Source: Octopus sinensis
Taxonomy: Eukaryota
NCBI RefSeq assembly: GCF_006345805.1
Contig: NC_043000.1
Location: forward strand, 10,726,001-10,790,000
Reading direction: 5' to 3'
Length of the DNA: 64,000 nucleotides
A program made the position numbers and the translations under genes. The number at the start of each line of letters is the position of its first letter. Within the stretch, counting starts at the first letter, position 1. Shown here piece by piece: positions 23,835-36,550 of this stretch. The notes below the pieces were generated by a model. It searched no databases. It was given only the letters and a program-made list of their open reading frames with translations, and was not told the origin of the DNA.

Positions 23835-24053
23835 TCAGCTGAACTGATTGCAGCAAAAGCTGCTTGTGTAAATCTTAATGAGTTAACTAGTGAAGAAAAC
23901 AAAGAAAACTGTCCAACGGAAACAGCCCGACTACATGCTAGTATCCAACAGTTATCTTCTGAACTCAGTGAACTTCGGCACACGGTTGCAGCAAAAGATG
24001 AACAAATAAAGGCAACACTTTCACAAAAGGAACAGCTTGAGAAAATGTTAGAG
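23835..24053 (+). CDS. USO1: USO1/p115 coding exon (coiled coil)
   Basis: tttcag/gtaagt. 73 open codons, SAELIAAKAACVNLNELTSEENKENCPTETARLHASIQQLSSELSELRHTVAAKDEQIKATLSQKEQLEKMLE. Absent from the ORF track because it has no start codon. Confidence 0.88.
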
Positions 24054-24558
24054 GTAAGTTGGTTTGCTCATGTTAATATCGTTATATGTTGTGATGTCAT
24101 ATCTTTCTGTTGTTCTACTTTTCTTGTGATAGTGTTACATTATGACTGTTGTTGTTGGGAAGTTTATGAATGTCATTCCTTTTATATTATGTAATATATA
24201 ATAGTAGTAGTTGTAGCAGAAATATGTCTAAATAAGATTAAATGTCATAAATTTTATTACATATGCCACAGAACCATGTTGATATTGCTAACATACACCC
24301 ACACATCATCATTATCATCATTTTTATAGTCCACTTTTCCATGTTTGTATGGGGTGGATGGAATTTATCAAGGTAGATTTTCTATGGCTGAATGCCTTTC
24401 CTGCAGCCAACCCTCACCTATTTCAGAGTAAGATGATATTTCCCTGTGACCAGGCATGTTTTCACAGAATAAAGGAAATAAAGGACACCACTTGCTCTAC
24501 AGTGACACATGTTTGCAAGGAAACAGTAATACACAAATATCACACACACACATGTATG

Positions 24559-24602
<44 letters not shown>

Positions 24603-26194
24603 ACAGGTTTCCTTCAGTTTCCATCTGCAAAATCTACTCACAAGGCTTTGGTTGGCTTGGAGCTATACAAAACACTTGTCCAAGGTACTACACTGTGGGA
24701 TTGGACCTGGAACATGTGGCTGAGAAGCAAACTTACTTATTAACACACAGCCATGCCTGCACCTATTGCTGTAATTATGTTGCTAGTCATCTTTGTGGTT
24801 TAGCATTACTTGTTCCTCTTATATATATATATATATATATATATAAAGAGAGAGAGAAAAATTGACATGTAGTCGAGTTGTCTCATTTGAAAGTTAGTTA
24901 CAAGTTCACAACATTATGTGTTAGGGTTACCTCACTCTAATCTGATCTAGACCATGTTATATGGGCTTTTCAAGAGGAAATGCTCATTGTCTAAAGTGCA
25001 ATGTGAAAGTTTATGCTTGTTGTATCAGTTTGAGAAAAAAGTTTTGGTAATAAGCCTGTTTTTGATAGTTTGCAACAAAGGTTGGCATAGTAAAGTTGGT
25101 CAGCCTTTGGTAGTTCATTGTCCGATATGGAGTTTTGACATAGAGGGGCAATTTGTCATATCACTGTGTTGATGTGTAGGGCTGCTTATGATAAAATATT
25201 TGTTTTGCTTTGTCACTAGTGAAATGAATTAAGTTAATATCAATGACTGTAAGAACATGAATTCTGTTCAAAATTTTAAATAGAAAACTGTTTATACCAA
25301 GTTAAAACAGTTCAATAGCTTGTGAGGTATTTGTGTGTCAAGAATTGTAATGTGAGTTGTTTCTGTCTAACAGCTTAACTGACATAAGTCACCACTACCT
25401 GCTAGTGGTAAGAGAATTCTATTTCTAGTTTGTTTCTGTCAATGAAAAAGGAATATGAAAAAAATCCACTTGCTGATGACATCCTGTTCTACTAGAGGCT
25501 TGAGTGGTCAGTGTTTTGCTAACATCTTCAATAACTGAGCAAATTCATATTCATGTTGATACAGTGATATTTGCCAGAGATTAGATTGGTCAGTTATCTA
25601 CTGATATGATCAATTTCTAACAAAATCTTGGTTAATGGGACAAAGCAATCCAGTTTCAATTCCAGGGTGTTTTGGGACTGCCCAAATATTTCACCTTTCT
25701 AGTGACCATAAGAGAGGCAATAATTTTCAAGTTGTATTTTGCAGTATGGGTAATTGAGATTTTAGTAATAAACTGCAGTGATTTTATAGATTAGAATAAT
25801 ACTATGACTTCACTTTGTGTGCATTATGATAGTGACATTTGATCCTAACTATATCAGTTTTATTGTTTCTGTGCATGTTTGTGCATGCATACACACAGAT
25901 TCTTAAGATGCAAACATCCTTAAGATCATAGTAGGAATATTTCACAAAAACGAAAATATCCTAACTATTTGAAATTATATTTACCTTGACAGTTTGTTAG
26001 ATTTAAAAGAGAAACATTATTGGCATTTGATTTGGTCACTATTAAATATAAATATGGTTTACTTGGAATATACTTTAACTTGTTTTTGACTTCAGTTTCT
26101 TTCTGGCCACCAAACTTGGTAAGAAGTGAAGTCAGATCCACTTCATGACAATGATTGATGATTGAAGAATATATTGTCTGAACACACACACAAA

Positions 26195-26312
<118 letters not shown>

Positions 26313-26648
26313 GATTTCAAATATTTGCAAATCTGTACAACTCAAGTTTAACAAAATCTTGACAGAATCTGTGATTTGATTGAATATTCTAGACAATTGT
26401 TTGTAATTCATTCTTCAGTTTGCATGTCTGACAAAAAATGCTCCAGAATGCATGTATCTATAAATGTTGCTATTGTCTTCACTTTCACAAATCCTCCTCT
26501 ATTACCCTTCTCCTTCTGCTCGGTACGTATGGTATGGTTAGGAAACGTTTATTGCTTGTCTCTCTTCAAAACTTCATTTTGTCAATGTGCCATGTCTGTA
26601 TGTTGCTGCCCGCATTGGCTCCACCTCCAGTTCCAAATGTCATTGCAG

Positions 26649-26804
26649 AAGTCTGACAGCAAGGATGAGACTTCATCAGCCTCTGAAGAAAGACTGATTG
26701 CTCTCGATGAACAAGTTAAAACAGTGCAGAATGAAAAAGCTTCTTTACAAACACGTTTAACAAAATCAAATGATGAAAATTTAAAACTTTTGGATAAGAT
26801 CAAG
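26649..26804 (+). CDS. USO1: USO1/p115 coding exon (coiled coil)
   Basis: ttgcag/gtgaga. Encodes KSDSKDETSSASEERLIALDEQVKTVQNEKASLQTRLTKSNDENLKLLDKIK. An in-frame upstream acceptor 18 nt earlier is also possible. Confidence 0.87.
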
Positions 26805-29800
26805 GTGAGAACAAAATGGAGAAATATGTTCAGGAGTGGTTTTATTAACAGATTTTATGTTAACTATCCTCTCTTTTCTATTAGCCTAGCATTTACTTTT
26901 AGTTTTACCTGCATATGCATGTATGTGTATAGAAACAAACATATATGTGTATAAAATACATATATATTTACATATATGCTATGTTTACAATTCAACCTAC
27001 TAACTTGAAATAGTTTTTACAATTTTCCATCTTTCACTAATCATTCTTTTATCTCTCTCTCCCTCAACTCACACTTTATTTTTCAATAATATTTGTTCTT
27101 CTAGAGGTGGTGAAGGTAACAAACTAAAGAATACTAAACATTTATATGTTGTAGTTCAGTACTTCACTGTTTTGAAATCTCATTGGAAGTAGTTTTGCCT
27201 TTCATCTCTGCAGAGCCAATGAAATAGGTACCTCTAACACAATGAAGTCGGTTAAATTGAAAGTATTTATTCCTTATGTAAACTGATTTTGTAAGTAGTC
27301 AAAAGAAATGAATAATTTATATTCTAAGAACTTTATAAAATATAAAAAATGTGAAAATAGTCAGATTTATAGGTCAAGATGTTACAAAATACAATTTGAC
27401 AATGAGGTTAGCAAACATGATTTTTCTAATAATCTCCTTTAAGCAAATGCATTTCTACTGTTTATCTAAGTTTAGATATCTTTATCTTCAACTAGCTATG
27501 TCTGAAAGATTGAATATAAAGGTGCTGTTCAAACTGGAACCTTAATGCAAAAATTGTTATTCATTTAGACAAGCTTTTTGGCTCTATTTAATTCTGTATA
27601 TAAAAATAAGTACAGTTCTTATTTTATGATTGAGAGCAATCAGAAGGGGTGGTTTACTGCTCTAATAATTCATAAAAATACTTAAATTTGTAGGAGGATT
27701 CAACTAGTATACCAACAAATAAATGAAAATGTTTGTAGTGTTCTACAAGGGGATCGTTTGTCTTATGTTGACAGAACCAATGAGGATTTGACTGATAGTG
27801 ATGGTAGTACTATTTTTGTGTATAGTGATGATAAGTAATGAGAACATACATTAGTGAAAAAGAGGAAGGTATTTAGTCAGATATTCTTCATATATTTTTC
27901 ATAGTCTATCACATCCTTCCCAACCTATAACTATGTCCAATGCACTGAATGTTGTTTTTACGTTGTTTAATATTCCTGCACATTATATTTTTGTCTTATT
28001 TACTTTGCATTCCACTTAGTTATGCTTCTTATATCATCTTTTCTGCATTGTGCTGTCTTCTCTGCATCTTGCTATCTTCTCTGCATCTTGCACTCTTGTT
28101 TTTATTTTCAATCCGGTTTTAAAATTGTCTTTTTTTATCAAACAAATTAAAAAGCACCAACTGTATAGATTAAATCCATGTATCCATTAAGCTTTTGTAG
28201 CTGTTAAATGTAAATGGTATATATGTTATAAGTATCAATTTGAGACAGTTTTTATTTCAACAATGTATAATTTTTCATATTCACATGAATATTTATTGTA
28301 GCCAACATCAAATCAAAGTATGGCACCTTGCTACGTTTAATATTAGTAGAACAGCCATTCTTACTAATGCTAAATGGCTGACAAATTATGTGAAACAAGT
28401 GAGATACTTTCTGTGATATATATCTGGTTGATGTACCTCTCACATAAATACATCAAGTTACCTATCATTTGAGGTCTGTGAGAGAAAAAGAGAGAGATAG
28501 AAATAGAAAAATGAGTAACCCTATCACAAACTGTCAAGGAAATGAAAGAGGTAGAGAAGGACAAATGTGAAGTGATTGGCAGAGTATGATGGAGTGACCT
28601 CTATATGTCAGGGCTGGTAATTTTCCCATGTTGGATCAATGGTGAGCAAGATATGTATTGCACACACAACGATTGAGGAGGAAAACATAACTGTAGAATG
28701 ATGAAATTACCACTCTGTTGATTGAAAGAGCAAATACCAAAAGGCTAAGATGTGAGTGTGTATCTGATCATCATTATCATTTAACATCCATTTTCCATAC
28801 TGGTATGGATTGGACGGTTTGACAAGAAATGGCAGATAAGCCAGAGAGCTGCACTAGGGTCCAGTTGTCTGTTTTGGCATAGTTTCTACAGCTGGATGCC
28901 TTTCCTAACACCAACCACTTTACAGGGTGTACTGGGTATTTTTTATGTAGCACCAACACAGGTGCTTTTTACATGGTTCCCGAACAGATACATTTTTATG
29001 TAGCACCAGCACAGGTGCTTTTTATATGGTACCAATACCAGCAAGGTTACCAAGTAACTTGCAAGCCAAAGACCTCTCAACTGAGTGATGGAGTGGAACC
29101 AAAAGAAGTGACTGTATGCAAAACAGAGGGTTAGAGTATGATAGAGGGACGGAAATAGCTGGCTTACTATAAAGGAGATACTTGGCTCCCCAGTAGGACA
29201 ACAAAGGAGAGGAAGGTAGAGAAACAGTCAGAATGAAAGAGAGAGAAGCAGAATAAGAAAGAGAGAGGGCCTATCCATAGGGAACAGTGGGGCAAGTAGT
29301 AAAGGAGATAGAAGGGTATGTTCCATATGAGTGTGAGGGGAGATATTTAGAGATAGTAAATGATGGTGAAAGGAATTGGAGTGGCTAGGAAGGGGGTAAG
29401 ATAGATATATGAGTGTATGGAGAGTGTGCAGATAAGCATGTGAGGGAGAACGGAGGGGCCTGCAGTGGGTGTTGGAGGTGTTGGGAAGATAGCATTTAAA
29501 ATTAGAAATAATTCCATTTGATATATTCTTTGTACAATGTCAACACTCCTAGTTCTGTGTGTGAATGGCCATCTATTAACTGAACATATTTCCAAAAGCT
29601 TTTATGAAACTTTAGTAATACAGTTTTAAATCGTTTCAGTGATGCATGCATGAATTTTCTGTTGGTTTAATTGCAACCAGTACTCTACCAAAACCTTGAT
29701 ACAATAGCACTATATAGAATACCGTTGTAGTATGGAACTAACTGTGCATTCGCGAAGCTGAATGAGATTTATCTCAATCAAATTTGTAATCTTTCAGTTG

Positions 29801-29962
29801 TTAGTCCTGCATGTTGTCTCTTGGGATCATAACCCGATAATTATTTCAGGCCACATCTAGAAATATATTCTGATATAGAATCAATCAATTCATATGCTTT
29901 GTTGTGTGTGATATAGTGATACAGTTTTCCTTTAACAGTATGCAATGTATGTCTATTTTCAG

Positions 29963-30121
29963 AAATTGGAAGAGGAGAAAACTGCACTAAATAATGAAAA
30001 GGCTAATGTATTGGCTGATACTGAATCACTGAAGAAGGAACAGGATGATCTTTTGGTGCTGCTATCTGAGCAAGATGGCAAAATTGAAGAATACAAAGAG
30101 AAATTAAAAGAGCTTGGATGT
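29963..30121 (+). CDS. USO1: USO1/p115 coding exon (last coiled coil)
   Basis: tttcag/gtaagt. Encodes KLEEEKTALNNEKANVLADTESLKKEQDDLLVLLSEQDGKIEEYKEKLKELGC, carrying the conserved KKEQDDLLVLL motif. Confidence 0.96.
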
Positions 30122-30299
30122 GTAAGTCAAATTTCTTGTTAAGATAACTGCTCATTTACTTATATAAAATTATCATGCTTTAAAACAGTTTTCTTTTTTC
30201 CGTTAAATTTTCTTTTAATCATTTCCATTTGAAAATTATAGAAATCAGAGTAAATTTTTGTGTAACTGATTCAAGAGAACTGTGATAGCTTATTTAAAT

Positions 30300-31011
30300 A
30301 TATTATACCACATACAGAGATATGGTACCATATTCTACTGTAACTGGTGCTCTGGATGCTGTAAAGGGTTACTATATTGTACTATAGGTGATACAGTATA
30401 TACTGAGACAAGGCACCATATTCTACAGTAGATGATATATTATATACTTTTTTTATTCATTGCTTATTAAGGAGGAAAGGTAATGACCATGACTTTTTAC
30501 AGAGTCTCTGATGGGAGTAGAAGCAGGTATCCTTAAATCAGAGATCTGGTTCAAATATTTAACACAGCTAAAAACACTCAAGGACCAGGTGATGGCAGTG
30601 GATTAAGTCTACCACCCAAGTAGGCCATGGAAGGATTTAAACTTAAACTCAGAACAAATACCGCGAGGTATCTAATGATTTCACCAGTCCATGGTATTAA
30701 ACTGGTACTTTATTTGTTGACCCTGGAAGAATGACAGGCAGAGGTGACCTCACTGGGACATGAACTCAGAACACACAATGCCAAAATGATTACAGCAAGA
30801 CATTTCTTCCAGTAATCTAACAATGTGACGAGATACTGTATTTTATGGTAGGTGATAAACTCTATACTAATACAAGCTACCACGTTCCACTGTATGTTAC
30901 ATTACATACTGAGACAAGGTCTCATAGTCTACAGTAGATGATAGTACATAGTACAGTAGGTACTACATTATATATTGACATAAGGTATCATATTCTGCAG
31001 TAGGTAGTACA
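30300..31011. repeat. Degenerate ~48-bp minisatellite (tatactgagacaaggtaccatattctacagtaggtgatac) interrupted by SINEs
   Basis: The motif actgagacaagg...tattctacagtag recurs several times. Confidence 0.5.
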
Positions 31012-31230
31012 AGGCAGTGAGCTGGCAGAAACGTTAGCACGCTGGGCGAAATGCTTAACGGTATTTCGTCTGCCGTTACGTTCTGAGTTCAAATTCCGCC
31101 GAGGTCGACTTTGCCTTTCATCCTTCTGGGATCGATAAATTAAGTACCAGTTACGCACTGTTGTCGATATAATCGACTTAATCCGTTTGTCCCCTCTATG
31201 TTTAGCCCCTTGTGGGTAGTATAGAAATAA
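31012..31230 (+). mobile_element. SINE family N with 12-bp TSD
   Basis: Full-length body. Flanks are gtaggtagtaca and gtaggcagtaca. Confidence 0.85.
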
Positions 31231-31423
31231 GTAGGCAGTACATGACTTAAACAAGGCATTGCTTCCCATAGTAGATAGTAAATTATATATCAACACAAGT
31301 TACTATAATAGTGGTTCATCTTTTATTTTGGTCTTCCATATAATTCCACTGTATTCACATATTTACTCTGCCTTCCAAAAGAAATAATGATGTTCTTTTT
31401 ATTGTTTTATTTTTGTCTACTAG

Positions 31424-31519
31424 GTTATTGAAGATGACGATGACGAGGATGATGATGATCTCGATGTTGTTGATCTCGAATATGGTCCTGATGAGAGTGA
31501 TGATGACAAAGATTCATGA
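31424..31519 (+). CDS. USO1: USO1/p115 terminal coding exon (acidic tail and stop)
   Basis: tactag acceptor. Encodes VIEDDDDEDDDDLDVVDLEYGPDESDDDKDS then TGA, matching the acidic C-terminal domain typical of p115. Confidence 0.93.
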   Translation, partial: VIEDDDDEDDDDLDVVDLEYGPDESDDDKDS

Positions 31520-31550
31520 TATAACAGCAAATGCCATGATGTACTGTACT

Positions 31551-31556
31551 AATAAA
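31551..31556 (+). terminator. Candidate proximal polyadenylation signal of USO1
   Basis: First AATAAA after the stop codon. Further AATAAA hexamers lie downstream, so the true 3' end is unresolved. Confidence 0.3.
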
Positions 31557-33427
31557 AAAAAAAATCTTCCATGAGATCCAGTTGATCCATTCTAAACTGT
31601 TTGTCTTATTATCAAAGTAGGATTCACTTTACCCCTCACTTAACACATTCACTCACAGACATTTAAACTCTCACACAAACGATGTGATGTTTGTTTAGCA
31701 AAAGGACACAATGTGATATTCCACTAACATCTATCAGAAAATGTTCAATAAATCAATTCCAGTGTTTTGTGAGAGAAAAGTCCAATCAATTTTTTTTTTT
31801 TTTTTGGGAGTTGTTACTACTATCAATGACTGCTTCTGGTTGAGGGTTTCCTTGGTAACTGTGACAGCTACTCTGTTAAAAGTTCTTCTCATCTCTCTCT
31901 TTCCTAATTCAGTTTTTTATGTGAACATCTTTACTGTTTAGCCCTCTGAAGGTCGCTCACTTGTTGTATATTCTACAACCAAGTGTAGACAGATCCTGTT
32001 CACAACATTGTGCATACATACAGGCCTCCACATGGTGACATTGTCTGTATATTCAACCCGCCATACTGCGCCACATCTGATAGAGTTCCACAACACATCT
32101 CTAAATGAAGTTACAAAATGATATGATGTGACCAACTTCTATATTAATTTGTTTCATAAATATTTACAAAAGTTGCTTCATTCTTTTATCCTTTCTTTCA
32201 ATAATTGTACAAAATTTCAGCTACATTTTCTTGTCGGTTTTTTTTGTGTTTTTTTAAAATACTTGAGTTTGAAAGAAAATGAGTTTCTAATTAGCTACTA
32301 AGTTTGTCTATAAGTTATTTGCTGAATCAGTTATTTTTTATTCTTGATTTTGAAAAGTTGCTAAGAGAGTTGACTGCTATTGTTCTTATTATTCTTACTC
32401 CTGGGTTCAAATCCTGCTATGGTCGGCTCTGTCTTTCAGCCTTCCAAGCTTTGATGAAATACATACCAGTCAAATACTGGAGTCAATATAACCTTACTAT
32501 ACCTTCCAGCAAAATCTGTGGCCATGTGCCTATGATAGAAGCCTATGTACTTAGTTCCCTTCTATTCAGCTGTTTTAAAATTCTCTTTTATTCCCTCTTA
32601 CTAAATTAACAAAACTATTTCTTCCTTAAGTAATATATTCTTGATTATTATATACCTCTGCAATATTACTACTGTTATTACTAAAAGGAAATATATTTTT
32701 GAGAACTTTATTCATTGTTTTCATTGACCTTTCCAACATATAGAAAAATAAATCTTGTTAATTAATGGCTTGAACTAATATTATATAAAAAAAACAAAAT
32801 CTTCATTTTGTTTTTCCTCTTATAAAAAAAATATCAATATTGTTTCTAGTTAATAAGAATGTTTGGACGTATTGGCATACACTTAAGTTGTATCAGCAAC
32901 TTGTTCATTTCCAATTGTATGCTCTTCATTCTTTTGTATGTATGTATGTGTGTGTGTGTGCAGACACAAACGACACACATTTATTTCTGTCATCTTTTAA
33001 CATTAGACTTTTCTCTCTTATTATCTCAGTTATTCAGGTTATTTCAAAACACGTTTCTCTCTGTTCTCACTCTTATTTTGCACACTGTACTTCATTATGT
33101 TCAAGTTAGGAGAATCGTTAGAGCAGTGGGGGGAAAAAAAACAAAAAAAAAACAATACTATGCAGTGTTTGTTCCAGCTCTTTACATTCTGGGTTCAAAT
33201 CCTGCTGGGGTCAACTTTGCCTTTCAACCTTTTAGGGCTGATAAAATAAAGTACCAGTTGAGTATTGAGGTCTGTGGCATCGACTAACACCCACTCTCTC
33301 TAAAAATTGTTGGCCTTGTGCCTAAATCAGAAACAATTATGTTTATTGTCTTTTACATATTTGTCCTTGGTATAGTTCAGTTTTCATTATATCTTAATTA
33401 CTTAGATATATCACCTCTTTATATAAA

Positions 33428-33458
<31 letters not shown>

Positions 33459-34146
33459 GCATACACACAAATACATACATGTAAGTATATATATATGTAT
33501 GTATGTATAGAAACACATACATGCACACACACACATGCATACCTCTGCCCATACATATTTATAACTTTGCATCATTAATTATATTTATTTTTATTGTATT
33601 TCTGTTTTACATCCATCACTCCATGTTAACATTACTGAAATGGATTTTGGCAAATCTAAATATTTGCATCAAGTATTTTCTATGTGAGTGTGTGTGTGTA
33701 TGTGTGTTTACAATTAGATGCTCTTCCTGACATTAATCCAGTCAACTGTAAATTAAAGAAGTGTTATCTAAAAGCCAAAGTTGTAAATTCAGTCTCCAAC
33801 GATATATAAATGTTTACATTTACAAAACCATTTCCCCGTATGAATGATAGCAATGGAAAAATGGGTTTAAAACTTTGAAAAATAGGAGGGGCGGGGCAGG
33901 GGGAATATAAAAATGATAGAAGCTTTATTTTGTACAAAAGTGCTGGGTCTAGCATCAAATACTGGTTGATATTAAGATTGCCCTGATATGGCCCTGTTGA
34001 AGTGCCTAGAGCAGTGTTAGAGTTGTTCTGATTTTCACTGAATAAAATACACCAAATCCTCCATTTATTGGAAAAGTTTTTGTGTTACAATTGTTTAATG
34101 TTTATTCATCTTCCTCAATGTTAATGCGTGCATGCATATATGGACG

Positions 34147-34378
34147 GGGGGGCGAGCTGACAGAAACGTTAACGCACCGGGTGAAATGCTTAGCAGTATT
34201 TCGTCTGCCGTTACGTTCTGAGTTCAAATTCTGCCGAGGTCGACTTTGCCTTTCATCCTTTTGGGGTCGATAAATAAAGTACCAGTTTCGCACTGGTGTT
34301 GATGTAATCAACTTAATCCGTTTGTCTGTCCCTGTTTGTCCCTTCTGTATTTCGCCCCTTGTGGGTAGTAAAGAAATA
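34147..34378 (+). mobile_element. SINE family N
   Basis: Full-length body. Further copies at about 3655-3835, 3886-4090, 37868-38282 (tandem pair), 61690-61890(-) and 62715-62926. Confidence 0.85.
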
Positions 34379-35146
34379 TATATGGACAGTGGGACATGTA
34401 TACCTCTTCAAGTGCAGAAAGAAATTTGTATATAACATGCTCTTTCTTTCCTTTTTTTTTTTTTAATTTCGTTTTTCCTCTCATATTAATCTCGATCAAC
34501 CCATGTCTGCATGGAACATGGACATTAAATGATGATGGTGTGTGTGTGTGTGTGATAATCTCTTTCCATCATTTGACTCTGAAGATTCAGTTGTGAAACC
34601 AGCTTAAATTTCCTGCTCCTGGATTAGCATCTAGGTAATCAAACATTCCACAGACATGTATACTCACTCTTAACATAAGTCCCAGTCAAATGCATTGTAT
34701 AGCAGGGCAGCACTTTTGAATTACAGGTATAATAGAAAAAAGTAATTTCATTTGGATTTGTGCTGTAATTTTGCTCATGCACACAGCAAGGAATAACAAT
34801 TCATACAGAAGTTTTACCTAGAATGTGTGTGTATGCTAAAGGAAGTTATTTTATGGCATTCTTTCATTTGAGGCAGCAAAGTTGTCAACTCAATCATATG
34901 GTCAATCATATTGGATCATATGATTGTTTGTTAATTTCCGTAAAAATTTTTTTATTTCTTTATGCTTTGAAGAGAGGAAAAAGTGAAAAGGCAACATTTG
35001 CTTTGAAGTGAGAGCAGAAAGTGAAAGATGTATGTATGTGTATATGAAATGGACGTGTGTGTGAGAGGGAGAGAGTATGAGTGAGTAGGTGAAGGTGTGT
35101 GTTGTCATGTATGTATTTTTTTGCATGTATGTGTAAATGGCATTCA

Positions 35147-35180
<34 letters not shown>

Positions 35181-35488
35181 TTTTCACACACATACACATT
35201 ATCTTTCATATACACATACATAAAAACATATGCATACATCTGTTTTGTATGTATGTGCACATGTGAGAGAGAGAGAGTGAGTGATTGTATTTCCTCATAA
35301 CTTTTAGCGAAATGAATGTCTTTTAATGAAATATTTCTGGTTGTGACTTATTTTAATACAATATTTATGTGTACATTTTCATAAATGTTTGTCTGAGTAG
35401 AATTCTAGACATACATGAAACAGAAGCAAATCGAAATATTGCCTGAAAATGACCTCAAAATTGTGCAACCTGACCTCATTCCCGAGGT

Positions 35489-35527
<39 letters not shown>

Positions 35528-35896
35528 TAGATGATAAGCAGCTTTCTTTATTATAGTACAGATGTAATTTGGAGAAACATTTCTTTCATTATTCACACAT
35601 TGTCACTCTTGTAATGCAATACTGTGATTTTGGTTCAAATTTGAAGTGTGAAACTATTTTCACTTTCTAATGAAACCTGGTCCATTGTATAGCAGTGTCT
35701 TTCAAATAACTATAGCTAGTTGTTGGGATAATATAGAAAATATGTAAATGAAAATGTAGTTTACATGGTAGCCGAAAGATTACTGAATGTCTTGATACCC
35801 CATACATCAAAATCAGCAACTCAGTTTTCAAATGCATAAGGAACATGCGCATGCACACACACACACAAACTTTCTTTTATATATAGAGTATATATA

Positions 35897-36300
35897 GGCG
35901 CAGGAGTGGCTGTGTGGTAAGTAGCTTGCTAACCAACCAACCACATGGTTCCGGGTTCGGTCCCACTGCGCGGCATCTTGGGCAAGTGTCTTCTGCTATA
36001 GCCTCGGGCCGACCAATGCCTTGTGAGTGGATTTGGTAGACGGAAACTGAAAGAAGCCCGTCGTATATATGTATATATATATATATATAAGTATGTGTGT
36101 ACGTATCTGTGTTTGTCCCCCCCAGCATTGCTTGACAACCGATGCTGGTGTATTTATGTCCCCGTTACTTAGTGGTTCGGCAAAAGAGACCGATAGAATA
36201 AGTACTGGGCTTACAAAGAATAAGTCCCGGGGTCGAGTTGCTCGATTAAAGGCGGTGCTCCAGCATGGCCGCAGTCAAATGACTGAAACAAGTAAAAGAG
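35897..36300 (+). mobile_element. tRNA-head SINE family C (full length)
   Basis: ggcgcaggagtggctgtgtggtaag...ggttccgggttcggtccc head, a cttgggcaagtgtcttct core-like segment, an internal microsatellite, and the ...gactgaaacaagtaaaagag tail. Copies at 54051-54440 and 56367-56723. Confidence 0.85.
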
Positions 36301-36329
36301 AGAGAGAGTATAGAGATATAAGTGTATAA

Positions 36330-36550
36330 CCTTTTTGATACCAACCTGTCTGAAACTCCCTCTGGCTCTACAGTACAAATGTCTTGTTTTCATAAGTTCT
36401 AAATTAAAATCTTCCACCAAACCTTAATCACAATTTATGTTCTTAACACTAGCTTTATGATAACTAAGTTATTTCACTAAATTCTTTGTTATATTGAAAA
36501 TTAATTGAAAGAAATATAGAGTATCTCAACAAAAATATGGTAACAAAAGG
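36330..36550. mobile_element. Degenerate piggyBac-like MITE
   Basis: Imperfect TIRs cctttttgatacca/tggtaacaaaagg with a decayed TTAA (ataa/tata). Confidence 0.4.
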
